DNA of 64,000 nucleotides from Vairimorpha necatrix (Eukaryota): NCBI GenBank assembly GCA_036630325.1, contig CP142736.1, positions 496,001 to 560,000 of the forward strand, read 5' to 3'. Shown piece by piece: positions 34,505 to 46,992 of this stretch (position 1 is its first letter; each line of letters starts with the position of its first letter). The notes under the pieces were generated by a model. It saw only the letters and a program-made list of their open reading frames with translations, ran no database searches and was not told where the DNA came from. The position numbers and the translations under genes were made by a program.

Positions 34505-37500
34505 AGTATTTATTTATCTTACAGAGGGGTCAAAATATCTAAATATATAACATCCCCCTCCAGACGGTTAGTCTCACCTTACTCCCACCTCTCTATACCT
34601 TTTAAATCATAATGCCTCTTTTTGATTATCCTTCCGTTTTCAAGCCTAACAATATACGAGTCACTAGGGCATACTTCCAATATCATTCCCAAATTAACAA
34701 ATCTTCCTTTCATATACTTGGTCTGACCCCCTTAAATTTTCTTTTTTCGCATCACGGACGATCTGATTTATATAAAACTTTTCTCTTTTCCTTGCAACAA
34801 ATCTCTTCGCGTATGTTCCTCCAGGTCCGTTTTCAATCATTATCTTTCCCGTTGTATCTTGAACAGCCTCTACCGGTGTATATTTTATTCCACTATGGTA
34901 ACTTAAATTATAAATCTCAATGCTCTTCATAACTCTTTCCTCGAATGTTTTACCTTAGATTTTATCCATACTCTCCCTCAACGTTCCAATAACCCTCTCA
35001 CTCTTCAATTGCTCCTATAAGCTTCTAAATTTACTTTCCTGCACTCAATTCTTAGATCTTTACATAGTTGTCTCAACCCTTTGTTAACGAACTCCTTACC
35101 GTTGTCCGTAATTATTTCTTCGGGCTTCTTCCCCTGGACACACATTTCTTTAACAAATTCAACAATCTTCTCACCTGCCCTGCGTCAATTACTCTACCCC
35201 AAACTCTTCTCGTAAAATAGACGATAGCTACAACAATGTATATTTACTTCTCTATACTCAATCAAATCCAATGCTACCTTTTCTAAGTATCGGCTTGTTG
35301 CTACAAAATCACATCCCCTGGATTTCTTTCTATCATTAATCTGACACACCTCAAATTTACTAAGTTCGGCTTCTACATGATTTTTCATCCCAGACCAATA
35401 ATATTTGCTTTTAATCTCGTAATACACACTTATCATACTTCTATGTCCTTTCAATTCATGATATTTCTCTATCAATTGGGCCTGTCTTTTTCTTCAGTCA
35501 TTTCCGCCATTTTATTATCATCAAATTTCCAATAATTAGAGCGATTCTCTACGATTACATGTTTTTTTCGACTTAACTTCCTGTTGCTTAATTGAACGTT
35601 CTTCCATCTGTTTCTTCTTACTATCTTCTTCCGTATATATGCGGCCCAATGAATCTGCAACAACCATTATCTTTGGTTTTCTGTATGCTATCGTAAAGTC
35701 AAAATCTTGTATCTTCTCTATCCACCTATTGATCCTATCATTATTAAAATTTGCCTTGTTCCTAATTTCACTCAAGGCTTTATGGTCTGTCTCAATCTTA
35801 AATTTCTTTCTCTGTGTTCGTTTTCAAACTTTTTAATTCCCCAGAATACTACGTACATTTCTTTTTCTGATATCGCGTATCTACTTTCCGTTAGCGTAAA
35901 CTTTTTTGAGGCCCACTGTACCGGAACCCACTCATTCAATTCGTTTCTCTGCAATAACACAGCTCCCATGCCAACGTTGCTCGCATCTGTTCTCAGCAAA
36001 AATTCTTCACTATAACCAGCTATCTTTAAACTTTTCAAATTTCTTAAACATTCTTTCAAACTTTCAAACTCTTTTTGCATTTCCTCCGCCCACTTGAAGT
36101 TATTCCCATTTCCCTTAAGCGCATTTGTTAAATGGTATGTCAACTTAGCGTAATCTTTAAGAAAACTTCTAAACCATCCAGTTAATCCCAAAAATCTTTT
36201 TAATTTTGATACATTTGCTGGTGCTGGGCATTCTAACGCTTCATTCTTTATAATTTCGCACGCCCGAGATTCCTCTTTATTCAATGTCGCCCCTAATAGC
36301 TTTACTTCATTTTTACAGAATTGTATCTCGCTGATATTTATTTTCATGTTATTTTTCTTAAATCGTTTTAAAACTACTTCTAGCAGCTCATCGTGCTTTC
36401 TTTTCGTTTTTGCGTGAATTACTACATCATCCATATACACCTCTACTCCTTCTCTTAACAGGTCGTCAAAAATCGTATTCATTGTTCTTTGTAATATTTA
36501 GGGCGAGTTCTTAAACCCCATTATCATACTATTCCACTCGTAAACTCTCCCATTGAATTCAAATGCTGGGTTATGCTTATCCTCTTCGCAAGTCTCAATG
36601 TTGTAAAAACTGTCTTTAATATCCATCACAGTAAAAAAAACCTTGATCCCTGCGTTCCCCGCGTCACATCTCTAATTCAGTCAATTCATAGGATCTTTAT
36701 CAACTATATCACTTAAAGCCATTAAGTTACTTACCAGTCTTATCTTTCCATTTGGCTAGCTAAGCGCCCTTACTGGATTCCGCCATTCCGACACTGATCT
36801 TCAAATTATTTTCCTTCTTTCTAAACTCTTAATATGTTCTACTGTATCCGCAATAAGCGCTTGTTTAACCATTTGTCCTTTCTTCTTTACGACCTTTCCC
36901 TCTTCGGTTTTAATTCGGCATTTTTCCAACTTACAATATTTAATTTCCTCCTCTTCGTCCGATAATACCTCATGATTCTCCTGTCTCAATCCGCCTAATC
37001 CCATTTATTCAACTCTCTCATCTATAATTCCCCTGCTTCTCTTCTCTTCCTGCTCTTTGTTACCCTTCTAAAATTATCCTCACTTAAACATTCTTAATGA
37101 TCTATCGCTGACCTTTTAAAAACTAAATACTTGGAATCACTTTTATTAAACCTATTATATTGGCAATTTCTACTAATATGTCCGGTTCGGCCACACTCAT
37201 AACATCTAAAAAGCTTTCTCTTAAATCCAGTTCTTTCTGCTCTTTCCGCTTCCATAGCTTCTTAACTGTTTCCGTAATAATCAATGTCATGTTCCTTATC
37301 TCTTCTTCTCTTCTCACTTCCATTTTCTTTCTCTTCAATAAACTTTTTTCTTAGTTCTTCAACTCCTCCTTCAATCGGAACATTCAAAACAATAAAATTT
37401 TTCAAATCTTCTCTTCCTCTTCTGTAGATTTCTTCTTCCATTTCCTCTAATCTTAACTCATACATTATCCTCTCAAACTCACTATGATTTCTGAACTCTT

Positions 37501-37593
37501 GTCCACAGTCAACTCTTGTCAACTCATCATTAGGTTGGGCCCCCATGTATTTATTTATCATAATGAGGGGTCAAAATATCTATTTATTTAACA
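34505..37593 (-). mobile_element. Degenerate Gypsy element with 48-bp LTRs, protease-less family
   Basis: LTRs 34505-34552 and 37546-37593. TSD ACATG. PBS TGGGGGC (tRNA-Pro type). YMDD and RTDASN at 35772-36482. Collinear with 46077-49225. Confidence 0.9.
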
Positions 37594-39964
37594 ACATGTA
37601 CCGATTCCTGTATTTGTTGTAGTCGTAGACATGTTTGGCAATCTTACTGTGATTATTACTTTTATATGTTCCGCAGCTTTTTGTTTCTCGTTCATCCATT
37701 TAAACTCATTCTTCATCTTTTTTCTAATTCGCGTAGTGGTGTGAATATTGTGCTAAGTTTGTTATAAATTATCTGTAAAAATTTGTTAATCGAAGAAATC
37801 GCAGAACCTCATCAATTGTAGCTGGTAAATTAAAATCTATAACTCTTTTATATGTATTTCTATAAATATTTTGTCTTTCCCTTAATCATAAATCCTAATA
37901 ACTTAAAAGCCTCTTGTTTAAATTGTGTTTTAGTGAAATTGACCGTTTAGTAGTTCTTTCTAGAATCTTCGAAATATTAGTTAGATCATTATCATGCACT
38001 TCCTCAGATGTTCTGAAAATTATTATATCATATAAATAGACGCAGCAAGCAGTTTCGGGGGATTTCCAGCAATTCATTCATTATAATTTAAAACATAATC
38101 TGTAAATAAAAAAATCCTTATGGTATTCGTGTGTGATGATATAGTTTATTTTTTAAATAAAACGCGGGGTTATACTTATGTTTTGGTTTCGAATGTATTT
38201 GATGATGGGCATCTGTCAGATCTATAGCCGTAAAACATCTTTCGCCTCGCGGTACATCTACTTTATTTTGAATTACAAGAATTGTATGGTTGTTATAATC
38301 TATGAGGTTGTTCAAGAATTGCATATTGTTAGAAATTTTAACAGTATTATCAAAGTGTAATGCTGGTCTTATATGATTACACTAAGCTGACGCCAAACAT
38401 TCTTTATATCCTTGTTTTGATTGTTTTTTTTAATCGTCTCTTGTGCTCCTTTAATTGTTGGCTGTTCTATATTTCTGTATTTTATATTCACTTTCTTCTC
38501 TATCGGCGTGTGATTTCACACATTATATCTGTGTATCAATTGAATGTCTTTACATCAAAAACCTTGGGAAATGACTTACAATCTCCGAGAGTTCATTTTT
38601 AAGTTTTTGGACTTTATTTAAATTCGGCCTGCCGATAACTATCTCTTCATTGGAATTCTTAGAAACTTCTACATAGCATTCCTATGTAAGTATAATATCA
38701 TTAATTTTTAGAGTCGCCTTTACCTTATTTTTCAGTTTTCTATTAGCTCTTATCTTATGACTGTTTTCTTTTTATTCTACAACATCTATGTCCTTCAGGA
38801 TCATTATTCGCTTTTTGTAATTATTTTTTTCTTAAACAATCTTAAATGATCATCATTGAATCTAGATATACACAGGCATTCTTTATAATCAATTTAAATA
38901 TTCTTTAGGTAAGTTGGCTTTACTTCCAGATAAAGAACTCTGTTTTGCCATGTCTGTGTTACTCTATTATATTTGCTTATATTTAAAAATTCTCCAAAGC
39001 ATTCCTTTTCTTGTATTATTTAGTTCTTTGCTCAAATGTTCTCCATGTAATTTTAGTATATTTTTCTTTGTTTGTGCATAAAAAATAAGCAGTTTTCTCA
39101 TCTGCAAAAAATTAGTCAGTGTTTATTTTGCCCTGTTAATATATCTCAATCTTCGTGAAATCTACAAGTGCACTTTTTAAACTGAAGTTGGAAACTTCAA
39201 TCCTATTATAAGAGTTTTCCGTTCCGGATGCCATGTCAAGTGTGGACTGTTGTTTGTCCAACAGTCTGTGAAGAAGTTTTATTATTAAATTGTTTTTAAT
39301 CTTTCTAATCTTCATACCCTCTGAGAATGATTTTCTTTTATGATAATAAGCGGGAAATCTGGTACATTTTTGACGTGAACCGGAGTAATATCTCCGTTTT
39401 TTAAATACATTTCTAAAATATTTGTATTATATTTGTTTTTATTTGATTTGTTTTTATTTGATTTGTTTTTATGGTTATTCTTCATGCTCGGTGTCTACTA
39501 ACTTTTCGGACTTTTTATATTTATTTATGAAACAAAACGTTTCATGTCCGATCGTTAGAGATCGCCGCCTTAGACTATTCGTTCGCGGCAGTGTTTTACT
39601 GATTAAAGTTTTAACACAGTAAAACACAGATGCCATGGTTTTGAGGACATGACAGCCTGCCCCCCCCCCACAGCTTAAACTGTTTAATGTGAAATTAGTC
39701 GGGCATGTCTTTAAATCGAAACCAGCTTCCTTTCTTACCGATTTCCATAACTTTAAACGCCCATAGTAGTTTGGCTCGAGTTTATTATTGCTATAATTTT
39801 TTAAGTATACCATGTCATTTACTCCTATACGTCGCTTATAGTTCACTTCAACTGCAGGTATGTTTCGCAATAATGGCACATTAACCCTTTTCTCATAGTC
39901 ATAAAAACTATTCTTATAAATTGCTTCTCTAGGCGCAATTCCCAGTGTGGTATTAACATTATTA

Positions 39965-40803
39965 GGAGTTGGGGTACCACAGTACCCCCATTTGAGGGTG
40001 TTTACTTTATTTTTTCGAACCCCAAAAACGAAGTGCAAAATAAAGGAGGAGCAGGAAGGAGACAAAAATTACTAAGCTTTTACGACATTAAAAATAACAA
40101 ATAAATAAATATTAATGTACAAAATCATATTTTAATACAAGTTTTTACACTTATATAAATTAACAAGCATTTTTTACCCTTCTGATTTTTTAGAATTGGG
40201 TACCAACACGCCCCCCTCTAAGGGTGTTCACTTTATTTTTTCGAACCCCAAAAACAAAGTGCAAAATAAAGGAGAAGCAATCAGGTGCACTCAAATTACT
40301 TGCATCTTTAAATATAAAAAACATTGAATAAATATACTCTTGTGTACGAAATTCAATTTAAAAAAGAATATATTCATAAAAGTATATTTTCTTAGTAACT
40401 TCTCAAATTTTAAATTAAATTTTTTGATTTAACAATCTTTATAGATCGTTGAACATTTATTTAAATTTTCTTAAATAAATAATATTATAATTTTAATTTT
40501 TGTTTTATCATAAAAGTAGATTTTTGAAGAAAATCTCCTTTTATAATAAACCAAAAATTAAAAAAAAATTGAAAATATAAGAAGAACAAAAGACACAAAA
40601 CTAAAAATTTGTATAAAACTTGTATTAAAATATGATTCTGTACATAAATATATCTTTATTTGTTATTTTTAATGTCGTAAGTGCTTAGTAATTTTTGTCT
40701 CCTTCCTGCTCCTCCTTTATTTTGCACTTCGTTTTTGGGGTTCGAAAAAATAAAGTAAACACCCTCAAATGGGGGGGGGGGGGTACTGTGGTATCTTTCA
40801 CCC
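39965..40803. mobile_element. Merlin-derived MITE
   Basis: 9-bp TSD ACATTATTA. Long TIRs related to those of 28759-30027. Extra internal end copy near 40197-40320. No ORF. Confidence 0.9.
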
Positions 40804-42146
40804 ACATTATTATTTATCCGATGTTCAATTTTCATAATAATGTCTTTTATATTCTTTCCTATATTCATTCTCAGCACTTCTGCAATTGTTTGATTTATAC
40901 GTTCCGAAATTCTATTGCTTTGATGGTAATATATCGGTATTAGCCGATGTTCGATATGGATTTTATTAGTATAATCTTTCATTTTTTTTTCCTTATATAT
41001 TGCGTACCATTGTCCGAAATTATCACTCCATTTGTTTAAACACATAATAACTTTCTCACTTTTAAACTTCTCACCAAACTAAATTCTCGTGAATCTCGAA
41101 AACACATCGGTTATGGTCAAAATATAACCCTTATGGTTTAAAGAGTTGCCTCCAAACTCCTCCAGAAGAAAAGAACCAAAAAAATCTGTGCTTATTATTT
41201 CAAATGGTGCACTGCTATGTATTTTATTTCTTTCTACATTCTGTTGTTTAAAATCCTTGTTTTTTACATACGATGCACTGATTGCATATCTTGCGAATCA
41301 CTGTTCCAATGTTTATGATGTTGTACCATCTTTTTAAGTTTAAATACATGATTACTTGCCCGCAATGTTCTGACAAATCGTGGACAAATTTAATAAATTC
41401 TTTAGCCATTTTTATGTAAATATTAATTCTTTCTTTTTCATCATTTTTAAAGTTCTTTTTATTTTCTGTTTTCAATGCGCATTCCTCTACCTTGCATTCA
41501 TTTCTGTTCTAACAGGTCGGTCTCACTAATACGATAGCATCATGACAAAAGGTCGGCTACATTATTTTTCTCGCCTTGAATGCTTACTATTTCAAGAAAA
41601 TACTCGTTAAAAAGCACCTCCCATCGCTCGATTCTATTAGAAATCTCCTTATTTGCAAAAACACAGTTTTTACTATCTGTTTCAACCTTCACGTGGTAAC
41701 CTTGTATAAGACTTCTGAAGTGTTCTAAAGATTTTATTATCGCGAATAACCCTTTTCCACGATCGAATAATTTCATTCTTTATTTAGAAATTTCTTTGAG
41801 TAGCAACCTATGAGCCCATGTTTCTATACTAACACTGCCCCCATTCCTTCTTCGCTTGCGTCACACTGTAGTACAAATTTTTGTGTAAAATCCGGTGGTG
41901 AAAGCACTAAGTTTTCTTCTATGGCTTTTAATATCTTCTTTATTTCTATTTTATGCTTCTCATTCCACTCAATCTTCTTCGTCTCGCGACTACTTAATAG
42001 ATTTGCCACGTAAAATAATTTCTGACTCATATCAGGGATAAATGTCCTAAACCAATTTACTAAACCCAATAGTTTCTGTAATTCTTTTTTATTCTTAGGT
42101 TCTTTTTAAAATAGGTTTTATCTAAATTCTTTAGATTTGATGACAC

Positions 42147-43187
42147 GGCGCTTCTCCGTTTTGCTGCCCCATTTTATTGGGGGCAGCAAAACGGAGAAAA
42201 GCAAAAATTTAATAATTTTTATTTTTTTATAAAAAGCCCCAAAAATGACAAAAATAAACTTTTATAATTATAGACATCCTTTGTTTTCCAGTCTTGCCTC
42301 ATATAAAGACTACATGATAGAGACTGGAATTATTAATTTGATTAGACGATGTGGTTCTTGTGATCATATTGTTGCAAAGCTTACAATATTATTGGAAAGG
42401 GGAAAGGAAAGATTAGTTTATAGGTGTATGAGAGAAGAATGCAGGGCAAAAAAAAGCTTTTTACCTGGCATTAAATTATCATTTGAAATTTATCTTTTTG
42501 TTGTGTTCTTGGTCCTTTGTAACAGCAATTATAGATCAATTAAATGTTTAACGTGTGTGTCAAATGACACTATTTTTAAAAAAAAAGCTTAAATTGAGGG
42601 AATATATTAGAAAGCAATTGGAAACCGATTGCAAAATCGGTGGATCGGGAGTTCAAGTTGATGAAACTGTACTGTGTAGAAGAGGAACTATTAGAGTTCC
42701 ATCTAGAGCAGATGATGGAATTAAAGATACTGTATGGATTTTGGGGTTAATAGAAGCTGTAGATAGAAAAAATATTTGTATAGTACAAGTTCCGGATCGA
42801 AAGATAAATACTTTAACAAATATAATTGAGATATAGTCTTACCGGGATCTGTTCTTATTTCGGATGGCCATCCTAGTTATCCCGGTGTAGCAGCGAATCT
42901 AAAACTCAAACACATTATTGTAAATCATTCGATAGGATTTACTAATGAAGAAGGTTTTCATACTAATAATATTGAGAATTTTTCGTCTATTATGCAATCT
43001 AAAATGACTAAACAGCACGAAGTAAAACGTGTGAATATCGAATCTTGGCTCGAAGAATTTACTTTTAGAAAATTTTTTTTAAATAATGTATTGAAGAATG
43101 AGGAAATGGATGTTTTTTTTGATTTTATTAAATTTATTTTTTTTTTGCTGCCCCATTTTTTTGGGGGCAGCAAAACGGAGAAGCACC
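42147..43187 (+). mobile_element. Merlin transposon with broken transposase
   Basis: TIR GG(C/T)GCTTCTCCGTTTTGCTGCCCC. 8-bp TSD GATGACAC. VQVDET, SDGHPSYP, HTNNIEN. Confidence 0.93.
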
Positions 43188-43613
43188 GATGACACGCTTT
43201 GTGCATTCACTATGCACCCTAATCGTTAAATTTCTTCTTTTTTAAAACTTGATTTTTCAAAATCAATTTTCACTTTGTACCTATTTAAAGTTTGTAGGAT
43301 TTTTTTAAACTGCGTGTCGTGTTCATGATCACTCTTTTTAAACACGACAATATCGTCAATGTACACAAATGCATTTTCTATTTCTTCTAAAATTCCTGAT
43401 ACGATTCTTTGAAACATTTTAGGACCCGAATTTAAACCAAACGGGATCCTTTTATATTGATAATGTTTTCCTAATATATTAAAACCTGTAATTTTTCTAC
43501 TCTCCTTATCCAACTCAACTTGGTTGAACCCATTGTTAAGTCTAAGGACGAGTAGTACTTGTCACCTGAAAGTAACAATAAGTTTATATGAATCTTAGGG
43601 ATATAGAAAATTT

Positions 43614-44711
43614 GGTGCTTCTTTGGTATGCGATCGGACACCAAGACCCCCCTTTTGTAAAGGAAAAAAATGAAAAAAACGTTAAAAAATATAGAAATTT
43701 GATTTAATTAATTAAATTATATAATAAATCAACATAACAGTCGTAAAACTCCTCTTAATTGTCTCTTCTACAAAAACTTTTTTAAATATAAATTCATTGA
43801 GCCATGAATCCATTTCATTACTCTTAACTCCATGTTCTTTGGTCATTTCAGATTTTAGCTGCAACCATACATTCTCAATGTTATTGGTATGAGTACCATC
43901 TGCAGATTTAAACCCGATAGAATGGTTTACTACCTTATGTTCAAGACAAAGATTTCGTGCTGCACTTGGATAACTCGGATGACCATCCCTATGTAAAATC
44001 AAACCAACGCCCATTTTACGTTCTAAAACAACTGTTAAACACTCGACTTTCCTATTATCCACCACTGAAATGTAAAAGTTCGTAGGATTAGATGCTTCTA
44101 CTATACCTAGTATCCAAACAGTATCAGGGATTATATCATCACAACTTGTTTAATTTCTTATTTTACCTCTTCTACAAATTACAGACTCATCAACTTGGAC
44201 AATTTTTTCCGATTCACCAATAATAAGCCTCTTAGAAATTTTGTTTTTAAAAATTTATCTAATTCTTTTTTTTTGCATCGGAAACTGTCGATGAAGAAAC
44301 TCCTAGTTTTGCCTCTAAAGTAAAGTAACTACTCCTACACAAAATTAAGAATATTAATTCACAAAAATATATATAAAGGTAACTTGCTTCCTTTGTTAAC
44401 TGATATTATAGCACTGCATTTATAATTAGAACGCCTGTATACCACTCTTTTAACCTCTCTCTCCTTATATAGTGCAACATTTGAAATCTCATTGCATTTA
44501 AAGCACGTCTTTTGCTCTTTCCAGAATTCTAACTCAAGTAATGAGTTTAACAGTCGTCAATACCATAGAAAAGTGTTTATATTGCCTTTATTTTTCTTTT
44601 CGTGCTTTTCTTTGGCATGTGATCAGAAATTTTAAAGACACTATTTTCCATTTTTAGGGGGTCGGAATTTTTTTTTAAAAAAAAATTCTGATCGCATACC
44701 AAAGAAGCACC
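43614..44711 (-). mobile_element. Merlin transposon with broken transposase
   Basis: 22-bp TIR GGTGCTTCTTTGGTATGCGATC. DGHPSYP and HTNNIENVW. Flanks do not form a TSD. Confidence 0.9.
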
Positions 44712-45600
44712 GAACAATGCATAGCTGTATGAAACTTTCTGTTCCTTTGACAAAGACCAGCGTATCTAGATTAAAGCAAAATACTCCGTAAGCATGAGAA
44801 TAATGAAAACCTCTTTTTTTTGCTAATAGATGAGGTTTCAATGATGTCGAAACATGCATTGAACGCATTATATGAGGTGCTTAAAAGACTCTGCAATAAT
44901 AATGATATCTTTGGAGGACAGACTTTATTATTATGGGGTGACTTTAGACAGACATCAACCATTGTATTGAAGGTACTTTAAATGATATCATCGAGAACTT
45001 ATATTATAAGTCTAAGACTTTAAGTATATGTCAATATACTAAAGCTTGAAACTAATATGAGATTCTTATTTAAGTGGAGTTTAATAAGTGGTTGTTAGAT
45101 ATAGGTGAGGGACATAATAGAGATAGTAAAGGATATGTGGATATACCCAAAGAGCATAATAAGAAGCAGACATGATCATAAGTAGTTTCGAAACAACTAC
45201 CATTGATCTATATGATGATTCTTTGTTTGATAAGATTATCATAACAAGCAAGAATGAACAAGCCAATGAGTTAAATACCAAAGTGCTAAACCTTCTTAAC
45301 CGATATTCTGGGGTATATGCGGGTGCTGATGCTATAGAATCAGAGGATGTCGAAGAACAACTAAGATTTCCTCTTGAGTTCTTGAATATGAAGCAACCGT
45401 CAGGACTACCTCGACATAAGTTAGAACTGAAGATAGGGGCGATAGTTATGTTATTGAGAAACATTGATCCAAAGAATGAATTTTTAATCGGGACCAGATT
45501 GAAGATAAAAAGTCTTAGAGATAAATACATCTTAGATGAAATAATAACAGGAAGGGGAGGGGACCCTTGCTGTTATACCAAAGATAGATATTGTCATGTA
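44712..45600 (+). pseudogene. PIF1-family helicase fragment, Helitron type
   Basis: LIDEVSMM, FGG...GDFRQ and FPLEFLN...SGLPRHKLELKIGAIVMLLRNID. Confidence 0.85.
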
Positions 45601-46109
45601 TCCGGGGTACATGGCCATTTTTGTAGTAATTTTCTAATAAATTTTGGCTAAAGTGCACTATAGGAATATTTTTTGAACTAGGGTTTTTTGTTTTTTTTTT
45701 GAAAAATTGAGGAAGTTGAAAAGGAAGGAAGAAAATAAACAAGAAGAATAAAAGATTTAATAAAGCAGCAAAGACTGAATCAGATGAATTTCTTTGGAGC
45801 ATATACCTAAACAGATAAAGTTTTGGACTATCGAATGTTCTGTTTCTATTAGGTATAGAATTTTTAGCGAATGCCAATTACCTTCTATGGTATTGGTATG
45901 AACTCCCGTGATTGGGTCTCTAAAGTGTATTGAATGGTTAACCATTTGTTTACGTTGAATATTGTATTCAAAGAATGGTAAGCCCTCCACATATCGCTAT
46001 TTATAGTACTTTTCGTACTTACAAATTTCAATAAAAGAGCTGTTAATGATTCTTTATCTCTTTTTTTAATATATATTCTTATATATTCTTATATTTTTGA
46101 TCCCCAATT

Positions 46110-46862
46110 ATGATAAATAAATACATGGGGGCGATACCGAATCGTGAGTTAGCAAGTGCTGGCTGTGGTCAAGAGGCCAGAAGGTTATTAGAAGAGTTTA
46201 AGAGGATTGTTTATGGATTAGTATTGTCTGATTATGATTTTGAGAAAAATGTAAAGAAGGAGATTTTTGATCTTGGAACTGATGAGTTGAAAGAATTTAT
46301 GGTTAAGAATATTAAGATTGGAGATCATTGGAAAGTTATGGAAACCAAATTAGAGGAATTGGTTAAAGCACAGGAGGAAAAGGATATGAGATTACGGATG
46401 ATTGAGGAGGTCACAAAGATGGTGGCAGAGGAAATTAGAAATATTAGTAGAGAGGAAAGAATATTTGAGAAGAGAAGAACAATGAGGTGTTATAATTGTT
46501 CAAGAATGGGACATAAGAGTCAGATGTGTTATTATAGATATAGAAATGTTAAGAATAAAGACGAATGTGAGAGTATTAAAGAAGAAGGTAGCAGTAGCTG
46601 TGATGAAAGGACTTATAGGAACATATGGGATGCTAAAAGACAAAAGAAACAAGAATGGAAGACAAGAAATAAAAGATGTTATGATGAGGTAGAAAAGAAC
46701 GGTCTAACATTAGAAGACATGAGAAAGAGGTTTAGGAATGTTATAGACAACGGAGAAGAGAAAATAAGATATTGTAAAATTAAAAAATGCAGAATTAGAA
46801 CTAAAGAAGGTAAGAAAGTTGTAAGGAAAGGTAAGCAGGTGCCACAAGCGACAAGCGCATAA
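46110..46862 (+). CDS. gag: Gag with CCHC knuckle, running directly into the pre-RT linker
   Basis: CYNCSRMGHKSQMC. Starts inside the LTR. One frameshift separates it from pol. Confidence 0.85.
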   Translation: MINKYMGAIPNRELASAGCGQEARRLLEEFKRIVYGLVLSDYDFEKNVKKEIFDLGTDELKEFMVKNIKIGDHWKVMETKLEELVKAQEEKDMRLRMIEEVTKMVAEEIRNISREERIFEKRRTMRCYNCSRMGHKSQMCYYRYRNVKNKDECESIKEEGSSSCDERTYRNIWDAKRQKKQEWKTRNKRCYDEVEKNGLTLEDMRKRFRNVIDNGEEKIRYCKIKKCRIRTKEGKKVVRKGKQVPQATSA

Positions 46863-46992
46863 AGAAGAGCTGAGAAAATATATTCAGAGGTTAGAGACAA
46901 GGAATGTCATAAGAAGATCGACGTCGAAATGGAGAAATCCGATTAAAGCTTTAGTTAAGCTAGATGGAAGTATAAGACTGGTTAGCAATCTC

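Larger units (their letters stand above)
27800..39370 (-). mobile_element. Old, fragmented Gypsy element forming the base of a nest
   Basis: RT remnants at 38118-38324 (FTAIDL) and 37895-38077. RNase H remnants at 34332-34499 and 28240-28318 (ADAISRIY). Ends not resolved. Confidence 0.6.
39371..43613 (-). mobile_element. 5'-truncated Gypsy element of the U3-hairpin clade
   Basis: 3' LTR 39371-39654. PPT poly-G-GGCAG. RT (YIDD, 43226-43513), RNase H ending ADLLS-TGA (41540) and IN fragments. Split by a MITE and a Merlin. Confidence 0.85.

Noticed and set aside
39221-39240. PBS (TGGCATCCGG) of the old 27800-39370 Gypsy element
   Set aside because: Plausible position after a CA, but no partner LTR or tRNA could be assigned.
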